Shown piece after piece: positions 38,553 to 51,075 of a stretch of 64,000 bases of DNA (its first letter is position 1; each line of letters starts with the position of its first letter). Origin of the DNA: Felis catus. Lineage: Eukaryota. The notes beneath the pieces were generated by a model. It made no database searches. It was not told where the DNA came from and was given only the letters and a program-made list of their open reading frames with translations. The stretch spans positions 71,178,001-71,242,000 of the forward strand of contig NC_058368.1 of the NCBI RefSeq assembly GCF_018350175.1. Reading direction: 5' to 3'. The position numbers and the translations under genes were made by a program.

Positions 38553-41000
38553 TGTATTAGGCTGGGTAGATTAACTGCTTTTGCAATCCCCAAATCTCAG
38601 TGGCTTAAGCAAGTACAAAGTTTATTTCTTGCTCATGTCACAGTTTAGTGTGGGAAGGCAAGAAAGATCTTGGTCTACTTAGGCATTGAGATACCAAGAC
38701 TCCTTCTATCTAGTGCCTTCCAGGAGTCTCAGCAGATGAGAGGAGAAAGAAAGGGTGTGAAGAAATGTATGGAGGGTTTTATGAACCTAGCCTCGAGGTT
38801 GGAGTATCTTACTTCCACTCACACTCCACTGACAGGAATGCAGGTGCCTCACTACATCTAGCTGTAAAGGAGGCTAGAAATGTTGCCTAGTATTGTGCTC
38901 AGGAAGAAGAATGAACATATTTGGAGAGCAGTTAGCTAGATCCTGCCATCTCCTCAGCTCTTTGGAATTTTCCTTATAATCTGTATGCCTCCATTCTGGC
39001 AAGCTGGGAAGAGAAGGGAAAGTGGAAGACGTGCCCCTTCCTTTGAAGGACACAACCCAAGAGCTGTCTACGTCCCTTCTGCTTACATCCCATTGGGCAA
39101 AACTTAGTAACCTGGCCACTCTTGCTGCCATGGAAGTCCTTCCTTCCCCGAGGAAATGTAGTTCTTACCATACACCCACCTAAATTGTGAGAGTTCTTTT
39201 ACCGAACTAATGAGAGCAAGATGGACATTAGAAGACAATGAGCAGTGTCTGCCATGGTCCACCCGTTCATCACTCAAATAGTTGTGCCACATTCTCTACT
39301 TTCAGTGGTGGGACACAATGGCATTTTGGGTCTCTAGGAATTACTAGCAGTTCAGAGCCAGTAATTCCTGAAAACTTGGGCTATTTTTCCTTCCCTGATG
39401 CATTCTCTCATTAGTCAATGGCTACAGGCTCCTTTCAGAGGACCAGAGAGAGAGAGAGAGATTAAAACAGTCTGCCTGATGCATTGCAACGTAGACAAGA
39501 TGGAGTTTGACAGATAGCTGAGAAGCCATACATGTCTGGCTGCCAAATGGGAATGAGAAGGATCTCATGGAGGGGTCAATAAGGAGCAGTTACCTATGTA
39601 TAGTTAACCCCTTTGTGGCTCTCCAGTCAAGCAGCCAGTGGTGGGTGTGGAGTTGCTGGTGGTCAGCAGGGGTAGCAGTTGGGAAAAACAACCTGGATGA
39701 CAGCAAACTGAGACTTTCCAGGAAACTACGTTACTTATCTTATGGTAATAATCTTCAGAGAGTAATGTTTCACTCCTGCCTTCTAAATATCTTATCAGTT
39801 TTTCTTTTGATCAACTCTAACCAGGCACCATAAAGGGAAGAGGATTTAGGGAAACACAGTTTTCAATCCAGCATACCTAGTCTGCGCATACTCTCCCTCA
39901 AAGAGAGCCAGATATGTGTAGCTCAAAGGTCAAGATCTCTTGGTGGAGCGCAGGCTTGCTATTTGTTGTGCATATGGCTGGCTGGTCAGGATTCCCTAAT
40001 TTACAACTCGGACTTCTCTCTGCTCCATACCCACTACACAACAGTATAGCAGCCAGGTAACTGTAATCAGATACATTGGATCACAAATAAGAGCAACTCT
40101 GGAAGCTAGAAGACGATGTAAAGATACTTGCAGAGTTTTGAGAAAAGACCTGCTTCTGGCCACGATGAAGTAACTGCTTCTCTGTCACTGTGGATAAAGT
40201 AGACAAAGTATATGGAACAACTGTTCACAGACATTTCAGACAGGAAGTGGGCTTTGGAGATCATAAACATCCTAAGTGTGTGGCACAGCTCAGACAAGGT
40301 AGGACTGTTTAACTTAAAATGCCGCTGCTGGTCTTTGAAAACATTGCATTAGAAGTATAGGTTGTATCAGTGATAGTGATAGCAAGACTGTCCAGAAGTT
40401 TGAAAGTAACCATTTTGCCAAAGAGGTACCATGGCAATAAGAGTTGTCAGCTTTCAGCTTCTGGTTTGCGATTTTGGGGTTGTCACTGTTATCACCATGC
40501 ATTTCAGGTTTCATTATGTCAGCACCTCACTTCTGGATACTAGAGTATGAGTTGGTTAAGATACAGTTTTGGTTGCTATAGTAAAGGCAGAAATAACAAT
40601 GACTTAAACAAGATAAAACTTTGTTTCTCTGTCCCAGAACATGCATTCAGCAGCAGCAGGCTGATAAGATGGCTCCACAGAGTCAGGGGGTTGGGCTCCT
40701 CCTGTCATTTGCTCTGCCATCTCCAACATGGGGCTCCTGTCTTGGAGTGAAGATGACTGCTCCAGCACCCACCCATGTCTAACTTCAGGAAGGGGAGTAG
40801 AGGAGATGGAGGGCATGCGTCTACTCTTTAAGGGCACAACCCTTACATTCCATGAGACTGCCCTTAGTCACATGGCCATACCCCTTGTAAGGGAGGCTGG
40901 ATACTGCGGCCTTGAGCTGGGTGGCCTGTGTGCAGCTAAAACTTAGGAGCTCTCTTATTAAAGGAATGAGTGGAGAAAACAAGTAGTTTCTGCCACAAGT
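38553..41000. mobile_element. Cluster of old MaLR (MLT1J/K-like) LTR fragments
   Basis: Pieces at ~38553-38950, ~38990-39255 and ~40550-41000 with motifs CAGTGGCTTAA..AAAGTTTATTTCTTGCTCATG and TAGTCACATGGCCA...GTAAGGGAGGCTGG. Confidence 0.55.
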
Positions 41001-41799
41001 GCCTTTCATGAAAAGAACAAAACAGACAGGATGTAAGGAGAACAAATCCAAAGGTTAAAATGGGAAGAAGAAAAAGAAAGAAAAAAAAAAAAAAAAAGGT
41101 TTCTCGGGTAGGAAATGATTCCAGCCTTAAATACATAGATGAAAAAACCTGTGAAACTTGATATTCCTTTTTATTTTGTCTGTCATGAAAGTTCTTACTT
41201 ACATTTTACAGTTCCACGAAATGTCATCTCTCTGCTATCCCAAACACTTTGTACCTTTAGGCATTTGCTATGCTGTAACATACTCTAGGTCATTCCTAGT
41301 TTTGCAACTCTCTCAAGGTGACTCTGAAGGAGTAGGAAAATAGTTAAGAGCAGAACTGCTGATACTGGCCTGTTTGTTGGTGGTATGACCTGATGTCTGA
41401 GATTTGCTTAAAAATACTCCAGCATGGGGCAACTGGCTGGCTCAGTCTTTCAAGTGACCGTCTCTTGATTTGGACTCAGGTCATGATCTCACAGTTCGTG
41501 GGATCAAGCCCCATGTTGGGCTCTGTGCTGAACGCGCCAAGCCCGCTCAGGGTTCTCCCTCTCCCTCTCTCTCTGCCCTTCCTCTGCTCTCTCTCTTTCT
41601 CTCAACTTAAAAAACAAAAACAAAAACAAAAACAAAATAATGTAAAATACTCCAGCAAAAGATGAAAAGGGGGACTAGATGAAATAAGACTGACAAAATG
41701 TTGATTTGTAACCATGTAATGGGGGCCTGGGTGATCATAATATTATTTCTCTGTGCTGCTTATGTTATAAAATTTGTAATACAGCAAAGCAAAAGCCCA

Positions 41800-41990
41800 G
41801 TCTCTGAAGACAGCCAGACCTGGGTTCAAACCCTGGTGTCACCATTTACTGGCTAAATGACTTTACCTCCCTATAAATTCAGTTTTTCAAAATGGGAATA
41901 ATGTGTGGGCCTTTAGAATTCTTGTGAAGGTTAAATGAGATAGAATTTGGGACATCCAGCACAAGGTCTGGCCCTTAGTAGTTGCACTAC
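41800..41990. mobile_element. MIR
   Basis: AGACCTGGGTTCAAACCCTGG..ACCATTTACTGGCT...AAAATGGGAATAA...GTGAAGGTTAAATGAGATA core. Confidence 0.7.
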
Positions 41991-42494
41991 TACTCGTAAG
42001 GGTGCCTGCTAGCAAGCAACAGAAACTGACCTGGTTTTGGCTAATTCCTCGGACAAGCAGCTATTTCGAGCCTGAGCTCCCATCTCTGATTTCTAGACCT
42101 AGAGCATTATCTCTGCTATCTGTTCAAAATCTTATCTTGACTTGGTGCTTTGCAATTTATGCCTTCGAATAAAAGGAATATAGTTCGGGCTTATGTCTGG
42201 AACTTAGGGCACTCGGCCCTGCAGGGTGGCCATGGGGCTTAGGTCACTAACTGACGTGGAGTGAGTGGCCAGGCCACGGACTGTAGCTAGGTGGACGCTG
42301 GTACAGGACGGGGTTTACCCCAAGCAGGCGCGGACCAGCTGCCGCCAGAACTCACGCGCGTCCTCCCCGACTCGCTCACGCCGGGGTCCGGTCGGGGGCC
42401 CCTCCCTCGGGTCCGGGCACTCGGCCGTCCCGCGGCGGGTCTGCCAGTTTCCGCGGTTGGGCCAGTCGCCCCTACGCCCCCTCCTGAGCGGCAG

Positions 42495-42527
42495 GGGGCG
42501 GGGCCGCGGGTCTCGGCGCATGATTGG
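42495..42527 (+). promoter_or_regulatory. GC box (GGGGCGGGGC, 42495-42504) and inverted CCAAT box (ATTGG, 42523-42527)
   Basis: Exact Sp/KLF and NF-Y consensus motifs 80-112 nt upstream of the ATG. Function is inferred from position only. Confidence 0.6.
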
Positions 42528-42606
42528 CCGAAGCTCTGGCGCTCCCCTTCTCCGCCCCCTTCGGCGGGGTGAGAGGTCAGCAGAGCGCCGGTCGGCAGGG
42601 GCGACA

Positions 42607-42711
42607 ATGGCGGGGCTCTGGGCTGGGGCGGCGGCGCTGGTCGGGGCCGGACGGCGTGGGCGGCGGTTGCCGCAGCCGCTGATGCGGAGCTCAGCGCTGT
42701 GGACCCTGAAG
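42607..42711 (+). CDS. PCCA: PCCA coding exon 1 (mitochondrial presequence) MAGLWAGAAALVGAGRRGRRLPQPLMRSSALWTLK
   Basis: ATG in a good Kozak context (ACAATGG) inside a CpG island. The 105 nt end at the donor AAG|GTGAGG. The Arg-rich, acid-free peptide resembles the human PCCA N-terminus as I recall it (MAGFWVGTAPLVAAGRRGR...LRTLK). Confidence 0.95.
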
Positions 42712-42740
42712 GTGAGGAGCGAGCGGGCTCCCCGCGGGCC

Positions 42741-42769
42741 TGGGCTTCGCTGGGCTTCGCTGGGCTCGC
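42741..42769 (+). repeat. 10-mer tandem repeat (TGGGCTTCGC)x3
   Basis: Read directly, 30 nt into intron 1. Confidence 0.85.
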
Positions 42770-43040
42770 AGCCCCGCAGCGCTTGCGGGTGGCCGGTGTG
42801 GTGGAGAGCGCCCCACGGTTCCCCGGCGACACCGAGGCCCGTTCCGCAGCCGTCGGCGCCCCTCGTCCCTCCGCACCCGCGTTGGCGCTGGAGCGCAGCC
42901 CTTACCCGGAAGCTCGTGGAGTCGGAGGGGCCCTCCGAGCCGGCAGGCGTGCGCCCTCGGCTCGCTAGCCCCTGGGAGCGGCTGACAGCCGTGTGGCTGG
43001 CGCCTACGTGCTTTTTCCCTGCAGCCGTTCTTGTGCCTTA

Positions 43041-43095
43041 CGGCTTCGGCCTCGGCTTCGGCCTCAGCTTCGGCTTCGGCTTCGGCTTGAGCTTC
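43041..43095 (+). repeat. Imperfect (CGGCTT/CGGCCT)n hexamer repeat
   Basis: About nine units at the 3' edge of the CpG island. Confidence 0.88.
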
Positions 43096-46000
43096 CCAGG
43101 GTGGATTCTTAAGGATCCTTACAGTTTGTTTTCTCTTGGCTTTTTCGTAATTTTAGGGACACTGAATTGCTGCTGAAGTAGAATTAGGGTTGTGAGTTTA
43201 TCTCAACTTCTAAAGTGACTGCGATGCCAGGATTGCTACTACCTTTTACGTTTGAGTTGAGAGCCTATTTCAATTGAATTACATCGCAGTTTGCTGTGTG
43301 TGCATCCTGTGAGTTTAGTTTTCTTTTCTATGTAGTGGTTAGCCGGAGTTTTGTACAATTGTTCTAAACCCATTTTGCCTCTGTGCTGTGTGCCCCAGGG
43401 TTTCTTGATGACAGCCTTGGCTCATATGTTGGAGTGTCTGTGGGCCGCTGTTAAGACTTTCTCTTGAAAATGGAGTCTCTTGTAGTTTCTGAGCAAAGAC
43501 GACTTGACTTTATTAATAGGGTTTATTAAGTCATTTCAGCGAATTCTTTAAAATGAGGGTCTCCCTGAAAACCACCTGTCATTTGGTTCGTCTGCTTGTT
43601 AAACTTACTTAAAAGAAAAAAAATCTTCTAAAAATTGTCACATAAATTGATTTATTGTCCTTGAACTCTAGAATTGGAAAACACTTTAGAGATGATCTGG
43701 CCCATCCCATTCTCTTAAAGAGGAGGGAACTGAGGCCCAGGTGAGCACTGTGGGAGCTCCAGCCCCAAGTGGAATTGAGCCTGCACCTGTGTTAGCTTAG
43801 CCTCAGCTTTGGATGCCACTGTCGAAGTACACAGTGTTCTTTGTGTGGCCACAAAATCTGTTTTTAAATGCTTTTGTTATCTTAGTCTTTGTTGGCTACA
43901 TTAGTTGCAGTTGTCACATCTTATGCGTTTACATAGGAGGCGGCCTGGTGTAGTGGAAGGCTTGGGCTTTGGAGTCAGTCACACAGATGAAGTTTTGTAT
44001 ATTAGACAAGTCACTTTGCTGGGACTCAGCTTTGTCCTTTCAACTACTTTTTTATTCAACAAATCTTTATGGGATTATTTCCTGTATTCTACCAATGGGG
44101 AACAAATATAGTTTCTGCTCTCTTAGATATGGTAGTCTATTAGAGAGAGACAAGTAAGTGTAAAATGCTATTAGGGGAGAGGTCTTGGTGCTATAAGAAA
44201 ATACAATGGAGGGATTTGACCAAGTCATGATACTGAGCTCTATGTCATAGATACCGTTCTGGTGCTTTACTTGAATTAATTTATTCAGTCCTCACGACAG
44301 CCATATAATCCCGATTTATAGATGAAGATATTGAGGCACAAAGTGTTATGTGACTTGCTCAAAGCTATGGAATTGGTCAGTGGCAGAGCTAGGATATAGG
44401 ACTCCAGAACTGGTGCCCTTAGTCATGCTATCCTGCTTAAGGGAAAGGACTGTTTTCCTTTGGAAGTGAAAATTGAAACAAGTTTTGAAGGATAAAGTGA
44501 CTTGTAAAGATAGAAGAGATGACTGTGAAAGAATAGCATGTGCAAAGGCCCTGTGGCCAGAGGGAATGACAAGATATAAGCACTGACAAAAGCCTACTTA
44601 GGCTGTAGTGTGCAGAGATTAGACAGTGCTAGGGAGGTAGGTATGAATCAGGTTGTGCTTGCTTTGCAGATCAAGCTATTACTTTTGGTCTTTTTGTTAT
44701 AGTGATGGGAAGTCATTCATGTTGGAGGTAGGAAGGATTGCACTGACATTTTAGATTGGTGAGGCCGAGAGGAAAGTTGTTACAGTATTTATTGCTATAT
44801 ACTTTTTAGATGTTATTGGGGTATAATATATAAGCTTTGATTTTTCTCCATACTCCCCCCCCCTTTTTTTAAAGATTTTCTTTTTTTGTAATTTTTTTAT
44901 TTTTGAGAGACAGAGTGAGCAGGGGAGGAGTGGAGAGAGAAAGAGACTCAGAATCTGAGGCAGGCTCTAGGCCCTGAGCTGTCAGCACAGAGCCCGATGC
45001 AGGGCTTGAACCCACGAACTGTGAGATGATGACCTGAACCGAAGTCCGACGCTTAACCGACTGAGCCACCCAGGCGCCCCAAAAGATTTTATTTTTAAGT
45101 AATCTCTACATCCAACATGGGGCTCAAATTTACAACCCTGAGGTGAAGAGTCACCTGGTCCATCCACTGAGCCAGCCAAGCGCCCCATCTCCTGCTTTCT
45201 TTTAGTGTGTTGCCAGAGACTGCATCTTGTCTATTTCTGTGTTCTCAGCACAGTGTTTAACACAATAGGTGCTGGATGTGTGACAGTACTGACTGGAGTA
45301 GAGTGCCCATAAAGAATTCCTCCCAGAAGTGGGAAGAATCTCTGGAGTTCACTGTTACTTTAGGGGAAGAACTTGCACTGCTGCTTAGCTTCTTTATGTG
45401 CTTTTTTTTTTCAAATTAAAAAAAAATTTTTTTAACATTTATTCACTTTTGAGAGTGAGAGAGACAGAGCATGAGTGGGGTAGGGGCAGAGAGAGAGGGA
45501 GACACAGAATCTGAAGCAGGCTCCAGGCTCTGAGCTGTCCGCCCAGAGCCTGGCACGGGGCTCGAACTCATGGACTGCAAGATCATGACCTGAGCTGAAG
45601 TCGGACGCTCAACCGACTGAGCCACCCAGGCGACCCTCTTTATGTGCTTCTTTTACATGAATTTGAAATGTGCTCCACTGAGTCCGCCTTTGAAGCAGAA
45701 CCATTTAAAAATTTTATTCTTGCCATTCCTCTTTCCCATCCTGCAAGCCATTTGGTTGGTTGGAAAGCAGACTGGCAACTCTAGACCCTAGTGTCCCCAT
45801 TCTTTTAGCCAGTTAGCAGAACTTGTTTGCTTTTAGGGTATATGTAGAGTTCACCTTTTAGTCTTGTTTTGTGTATCAGCACATTTTGTTTAAATACCTA
45901 GTTTTTTTTTTCTGTCTCCATTTTTCAGTGGCTCTAGGATGTTGGTTTTAGGGTGATTGTTACAGTGTATTGAACTTTTATATGCCTTATATGGTTTCAT

Positions 46001-47699
46001 GTTTTATTTCTTATCTGTATAGCAAGTAGTCAAACAAAAAGTTACAGTATTACAGACCAGGAAACAGATGTTAGCAGTGAAGTAACTTGCTTAAGGACAC
46101 AATTGATTGAGGCAGAATTTCAACCTTGGATGGTATGATTCCCAAACCTTGTTTTCACAGTTACAAATTGTCTCTCATTTAAGTGATGGTCTCATTATAT
46201 GGTGCATTCACAGAACTTAAATGGTCAAGCTTTATGTTCCTTAAAATTCCAAGAATTTCTTTTCTAGTCTTGAAAAAGAATGTTTAAGCCTATCTGAATG
46301 CTTTAGAATTGCCCGGAGGTAAATCTTTCCAACATGCTGATAGATTTCTGACAATCATTTGGGAAGAAAATTTTCTAAGATTATTACAGGAACCAGTTCT
46401 GGCATGATAAAATGCTTATGGACATTTGTGTATTTATACATCTGCTTTTTGGGTTTTATTTCGTTAGGAGGTTCAGAACCGAGGAGTGATTGGTAAAATC
46501 CTTTTCTAAGTAAGAGGGAAAGATGGGGGACAGTTTAATCAAAAGAGTGAGGGAAAAGGCATTGTTTAAATGATTCCAAAAATTTTTAAAGATTTTATTT
46601 TTTTAAGTAATCTCTACACCCAATGTGGGACTTGAATTTATAACCTCGAGATTAAGAGTCTTATGCTCTACTGACTGAGCCAACCCTTAAATGATTCCTA
46701 TTTTTTAAAAGATGTGGGTAAATGGGAGAATAGGGACGAAAAAGGAAATTTGAGAAGGAAACATATTTTGGGGGTAGAAACAATGTTTCCTTTTAGGTAA
46801 CCTGAGTTAGATGACTACAAGAGTCATGTTGAGTTGGTGGGAAATAAGAGGGAAATTGGTGGCAGGTTTTTGGGTGATCTGAGGTAGAAGTTGGATGTGA
46901 ACTCTGCAGGATATAGTAAGTTAATACTTAACTGAATACTCCATCTTTTTAAATTTATTTATTTTTTTGTTTTAGAGCATGAGCGGGGCAGAGGAAGAGA
47001 GAATCTTAAGCAGGCTCCACACTCAGCGGGGCTCGATCCCACAACACTGGGGTTATGATCTGAGCCCAAATCAAGAGTTGGATGCTCAATCGGTTGAGCC
47101 ACCCAGACGCCCCAAGAATACTCCCATCTTATTGCCCTAAATTCAGATTTGAAAAAAAGATGAAGAGACAGGAGAATTTAGAGGAATGGTTTGAGAGGAG
47201 TCAGTATAGTTCGTTCGTTCATCTAGAGATGTAGTTCTCTGTCCCTTCAAAGAGTGTTTGTGGAGCATCTGTGAAGTGCCTGCTACTATGATATGTACTG
47301 AGGAGATCAAAAGAAACTAAAACATGTTCCCTCACCGTGTCCCTGGTGTAGAGAGGTCAAGGAATAAAAATAAAAGACTGAAGGAAGAATTTGATAAGGT
47401 CTTTAGTCTTTAATGATAGTGATTTCAGTAGTGTGGTATATTCTTATATATAGAAATATTGCTTTGTTTTGAAGATACCTTCCAGTAGTTGGAGCAAATA
47501 CATACTGTTTTGAAAAATCAGGGTGTTGTATGATTTAAAAAAATTATTCATTTTAAATTCCTACTGACATTTTTATAAAAAAAAAAGACAAACTGTGATG
47601 GGGTCAGTATTAATAAGATAAAAATAAAAGTGAATTTCAAAAATGTTGGAAAATATAGTTTTCAGGCTTATAATTTTAGTCAGGAAAACTAATAGAGCA

Positions 47700-48108
47700 T
47701 CCGTGGGACACAGCTGGTGGCTTAAAACCACACTTCTTTATTCCTTCACAGTTATGGAGGCTAGAAGTTGGAAATCAAGATGTTGGCAAGGCCATGCTTG
47801 CTCTGAAGGCTCCAGTGAAGAATGCCTCCTTGTCTCTGGGCTTCTCGTAGCTCCAGGCATCCCTTACCTTGTGGCTGCAACTCTCTGCCTGTGTCCTCAC
47901 ATGGTCTTCCCTTCCTTCTCCCTGTGTGTCCTCTCCTCTTCTGTCTTTTCTAAGGGCACTTGTCTTTGGATTTAGGGCCGTGGCCAGGATCCAGGATGAT
48001 CCCATCTCGAAATATATCACCAAAGACCCTTTTTCCAGAAGAGGTCATAGCCACAAGTTCTAAGATATGGACACACAATTTTGGAGGCCACCATTCAATC
48101 TGCTACAC
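47700..48108. mobile_element. MaLR LTR (MLT1-like)
   Basis: TGGTGGCTTAAAACCAC..TTTATTCCTTCACAGTTATGGAGGCTAGAAGTTGGAAATCAAGATGTTGGCA. Confidence 0.78.
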
Positions 48109-49420
48109 CTGCTATGTGCCAGGTGTTGTTTAATGCTGGGGTATAACGGTGAACATCTCTGCCTTCATTGTGGTTATATCCAGGTAGAGCACACTGACTG
48201 TGTTCACAGAAATAGATAAGTTCAGGGTTGCCTGTGTGGCTCAGCCAGTTAAGCATCTGACCTTGGCTCAGGTCATGATCTCACCGTTCGTGAGCTCGAG
48301 CCCCACTCCAGGCTCCACGCTCTCTCTCCCTTTCTCTGCCCCTTGCTCACCCATGCTCTCTCTCTAAAATAAAAAAAATAAAAATAAAAAAGAAATAAAA
48401 AAGAAATAGGTAAGTTCAAAGAGCAGTAAGTGCTCTGAAAGGAGAAAAATAGAGTGGCGGTGCTTTTGAAACAGGGGGCACATTTCTGAGCATGTGGCAT
48501 TTGAACAGGAAAGTGACTCAGATTACCATGTGACAATCTAGGGGACTAGCAATCCAAAGGAAGGCCAAGCAAAAGCTTTGAGTTGCGATCGATCGTATTT
48601 GGTATAGTCAAGGGATGGGTGTGGCCAGTGTGGCTGGAGTGAATGAATGACAGAGGAATGCTAGGAGATGCGGTAGGTAGGCCAGTCATATAGGGGCTTG
48701 TATGTGCAATTTATCCTAATCGTGAGAGTCCCTTGGAAGATTTTGAGCAAACTGGATCCATGTTTTGGAAAGACCATTCTGAATGCTATGTGGAGAATGT
48801 CTTAGTGGAGACTGGGGTGGGAAGAGTGGCATCAGGGAGACCAGTTAGGAGGCCATTGTAGAAGTTCAACAAGAGAGGATGGTAGGGTGGTCTCGCTGGA
48901 GTTAGACCTGGTCAGACTTGGGATATATTTTAGAACTAGAGCCAGTAGTATTTACTGTTGGGTTCAAAGGGAGATGTAAGCAAAGAGTGGAATCAAGGAT
49001 CCCTGAAAGGAAGGCACAAAAGGCTGCCGCATATTGTAGGATTCCATATATATGAAATGTCCAGAATAGGTAGATGCCTAGACAGACGGCAGACTAGCAG
49101 GTGCCAGGGGCTGGGGGTGGGGGCTGGTAGAAACTGCTAATAGCTAAGGGGTTTCTTTTTGAGGCAATGAAAAAATGTTCTGGAATCAGATTGGTGATGG
49201 TTCCACAACTTTGTGAATATACTAAAATACATAGTTGTGTACTTTAAAAGAATGAGTTTTATGGTATGTGAATTAAATCTCAGTTTACAGGGGGGGAAAA
49301 AAAAGAGTGACTCTTAGGTCTACCTGAGCCCTTGGGTGGGATAGTCTTAGTGTTTTGGAATGCTGCAGCTTGGGGTGGAAGATGAAGACAGCAGTTTCCA
49401 TTGAAATAATTTGATGGAAT
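48109..49420 (-). mobile_element. L2 fragment interrupted by a SINE and an L1 3' end (~49005-49285)
   Basis: CCTGCTATGTGCCAGG, GGCCAGTGTGGCTGGAGTG and CAGGGAGACCAGTTAGGAGGC motifs typical of antisense L2. Confidence 0.65.
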
Positions 49421-50189
49421 TTACAAAACACAGAGGGATGGTTGATCTTATTTGTTGTTTGTGGGTGCTGGATGGCTGTGGAAAGTATTTTGAAACCATA
49501 TTCTAGGGTTGATGATTCTAGGGTTGTTGCAAATGGCAAAGGAGGAAAAAAGCTGTATTCACATTTAATCATCAAACCACCTTCAAATGATTCTCGTTTC
49601 CACAGCTGGGGTCAACTAAGTTGCTCAAGGTCACACAAGAACTAAGTGGGAGATTCAGGATTCAAAGTCAAATCTACAGTGCTTTTATTATACCATATTA
49701 ATAAACTTAGTAAAAAGAATAAAGGAGAAATTTATACATCTTGACATGAAAACTAGTTTGAACTCGCTAGTAGCCACAGAGAAGAGGGAAGCAGTAGGCT
49801 ATTGACTGCATAGAATATGTAAAGAATATGTAAAAACAGGGTCACCTGGGTGGCTCAGTCGGTTGAGCGTCTGACTTCCGCTCAGGTCATGACCTCGCGG
49901 TCCGTGAGTTTGAGCTCCGCGTTGGGCTCTGTTCCGACAGCTCAGAGCTTGGAGCCTGCTTCAGATTCTGGGTCTCCCTCTCTCTCTCCCCTCCTCTGTT
50001 CATGCTCTCTGTCTCAAAAAATAAATAAACATTAAAAAAATAAAAAAAAACCCCAATTAGTCGAATAAATAAGTTTGATACTCATTTTACAAAAAAATGC
50101 AGTCATCTTTCTTCCTATCTCATTGGTTGTCACTGATCTAGCACTTTGTGCAAGTTACAGTTGTGGAGAAACAGCTCTATTGGAGGTGG

Positions 50190-51075
50190 GATGGTTAGGT
50201 TTCCCAGAAGCCTGAAAGGCTGGTGGTCAACAGAAGAGTGAAGAAAGCAGGATAGAACAGGGGAAAAAAAGCTAAGCAAGGAAGGGGCCTCAGCTGGAGA
50301 CTAGCTTTAGTCTCAGCCTATAGGGGAGCTCTGAAGCAGTGATTCTTAACGTGGGGACTCAGTCTGTAGCAGAGGTAGCATTACCTGGGAACCTGTAGAA
50401 ATGCAAAATTTTCAGTTGCCCCCCAGACTGGCCAATTAGAAGCTGGGGATGGAGCCCAGCAATGTTTTCACAAGCCCTCCAGGTGATGCTGATACACAAG
50501 AAAGTTAGAGAAGCACTGCTGTAAATTAGCCCTGTTCAATAGAATGTTATGCGAGCTGCAAATGTAGTTTTCTAGCACTCACATTAAGAAAATAAAACAA
50601 GATGAAATTAATATTAGTGTATTTTATTTAACTCAGTATATTCAAAATATTTTAACATAAATGTAAAAAAATTATTGAAGTCTTTTGCATTGTTTGGGTG
50701 TTAAGTCTTCACATCTGGTGTGTATTTTATACTTGGAGCACATCAGAATTTGGACTGGTGCATTTCAAGTGCTCAGTATGTGGCTAGTGGCTGCCATATT
50801 GGACAGCCAGTTCTTAATAACCAGAGCACCCTACTGAATTGGTCACACTTTGAGGTGAGTGGGGATGGCCTTTTGTACACCCTTGTTAGTCAGTCATTGG
50901 CTGTGGGCTGAGAGAGGGGCAGCTCCCTGTCTTGATGGAGAACTCCTGACTGGTTAAGGCAAGTGGGTCAGTCCAGGGAGCAGGTGTGAGTTGTGAGTGG
51001 TCAACACAGCAGCTGGGGAAGCCGTGCTGACTGCTGAAGAGGCTCTTGGAGGGGCCCTGGCAACATCTGCTACAG
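50190..51075. mobile_element. Old ERVL LTR (LTR16/33-like) carrying adjacent MER5A-like (~50337-50520) and MER33-like (~50528-50812) hAT MITEs
   Basis: MER5A motif GTAGAAATGCAAA...ACAAGCCCTCCAGGTGATGCTGAT and MER33 motif CATTTCAAGTGCTCAGTATGTGGCTAGTGGCTGCCATATTGGACAGC. Confidence 0.65.

Larger units (their letters stand above)
42270..43095. promoter_or_regulatory. CpG island / TATA-less promoter of PCCA
   Basis: Abrupt GC- and CpG-rich stretch around exon 1 in an otherwise CpG-depleted window. Confidence 0.9.

Noticed and set aside
40425..40438. RFX X-box-like GGTACCATGGCAAT
   Set aside because: A single imperfect motif without supporting evidence.
42287..42832. 181-aa minus-strand ORF and other overlapping island ORFs
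   Set aside because: Low-complexity Ala/Pro/Gly/Arg products expected from GC-rich DNA, with no recognisable domain.
42265..43176. 303-aa ORF across the CpG island
   Set aside because: Stop-poor GC-rich read-through with a GTG start. Only 42607-42711 is PCCA coding, and the rest runs past a canonical splice donor into intron repeats.
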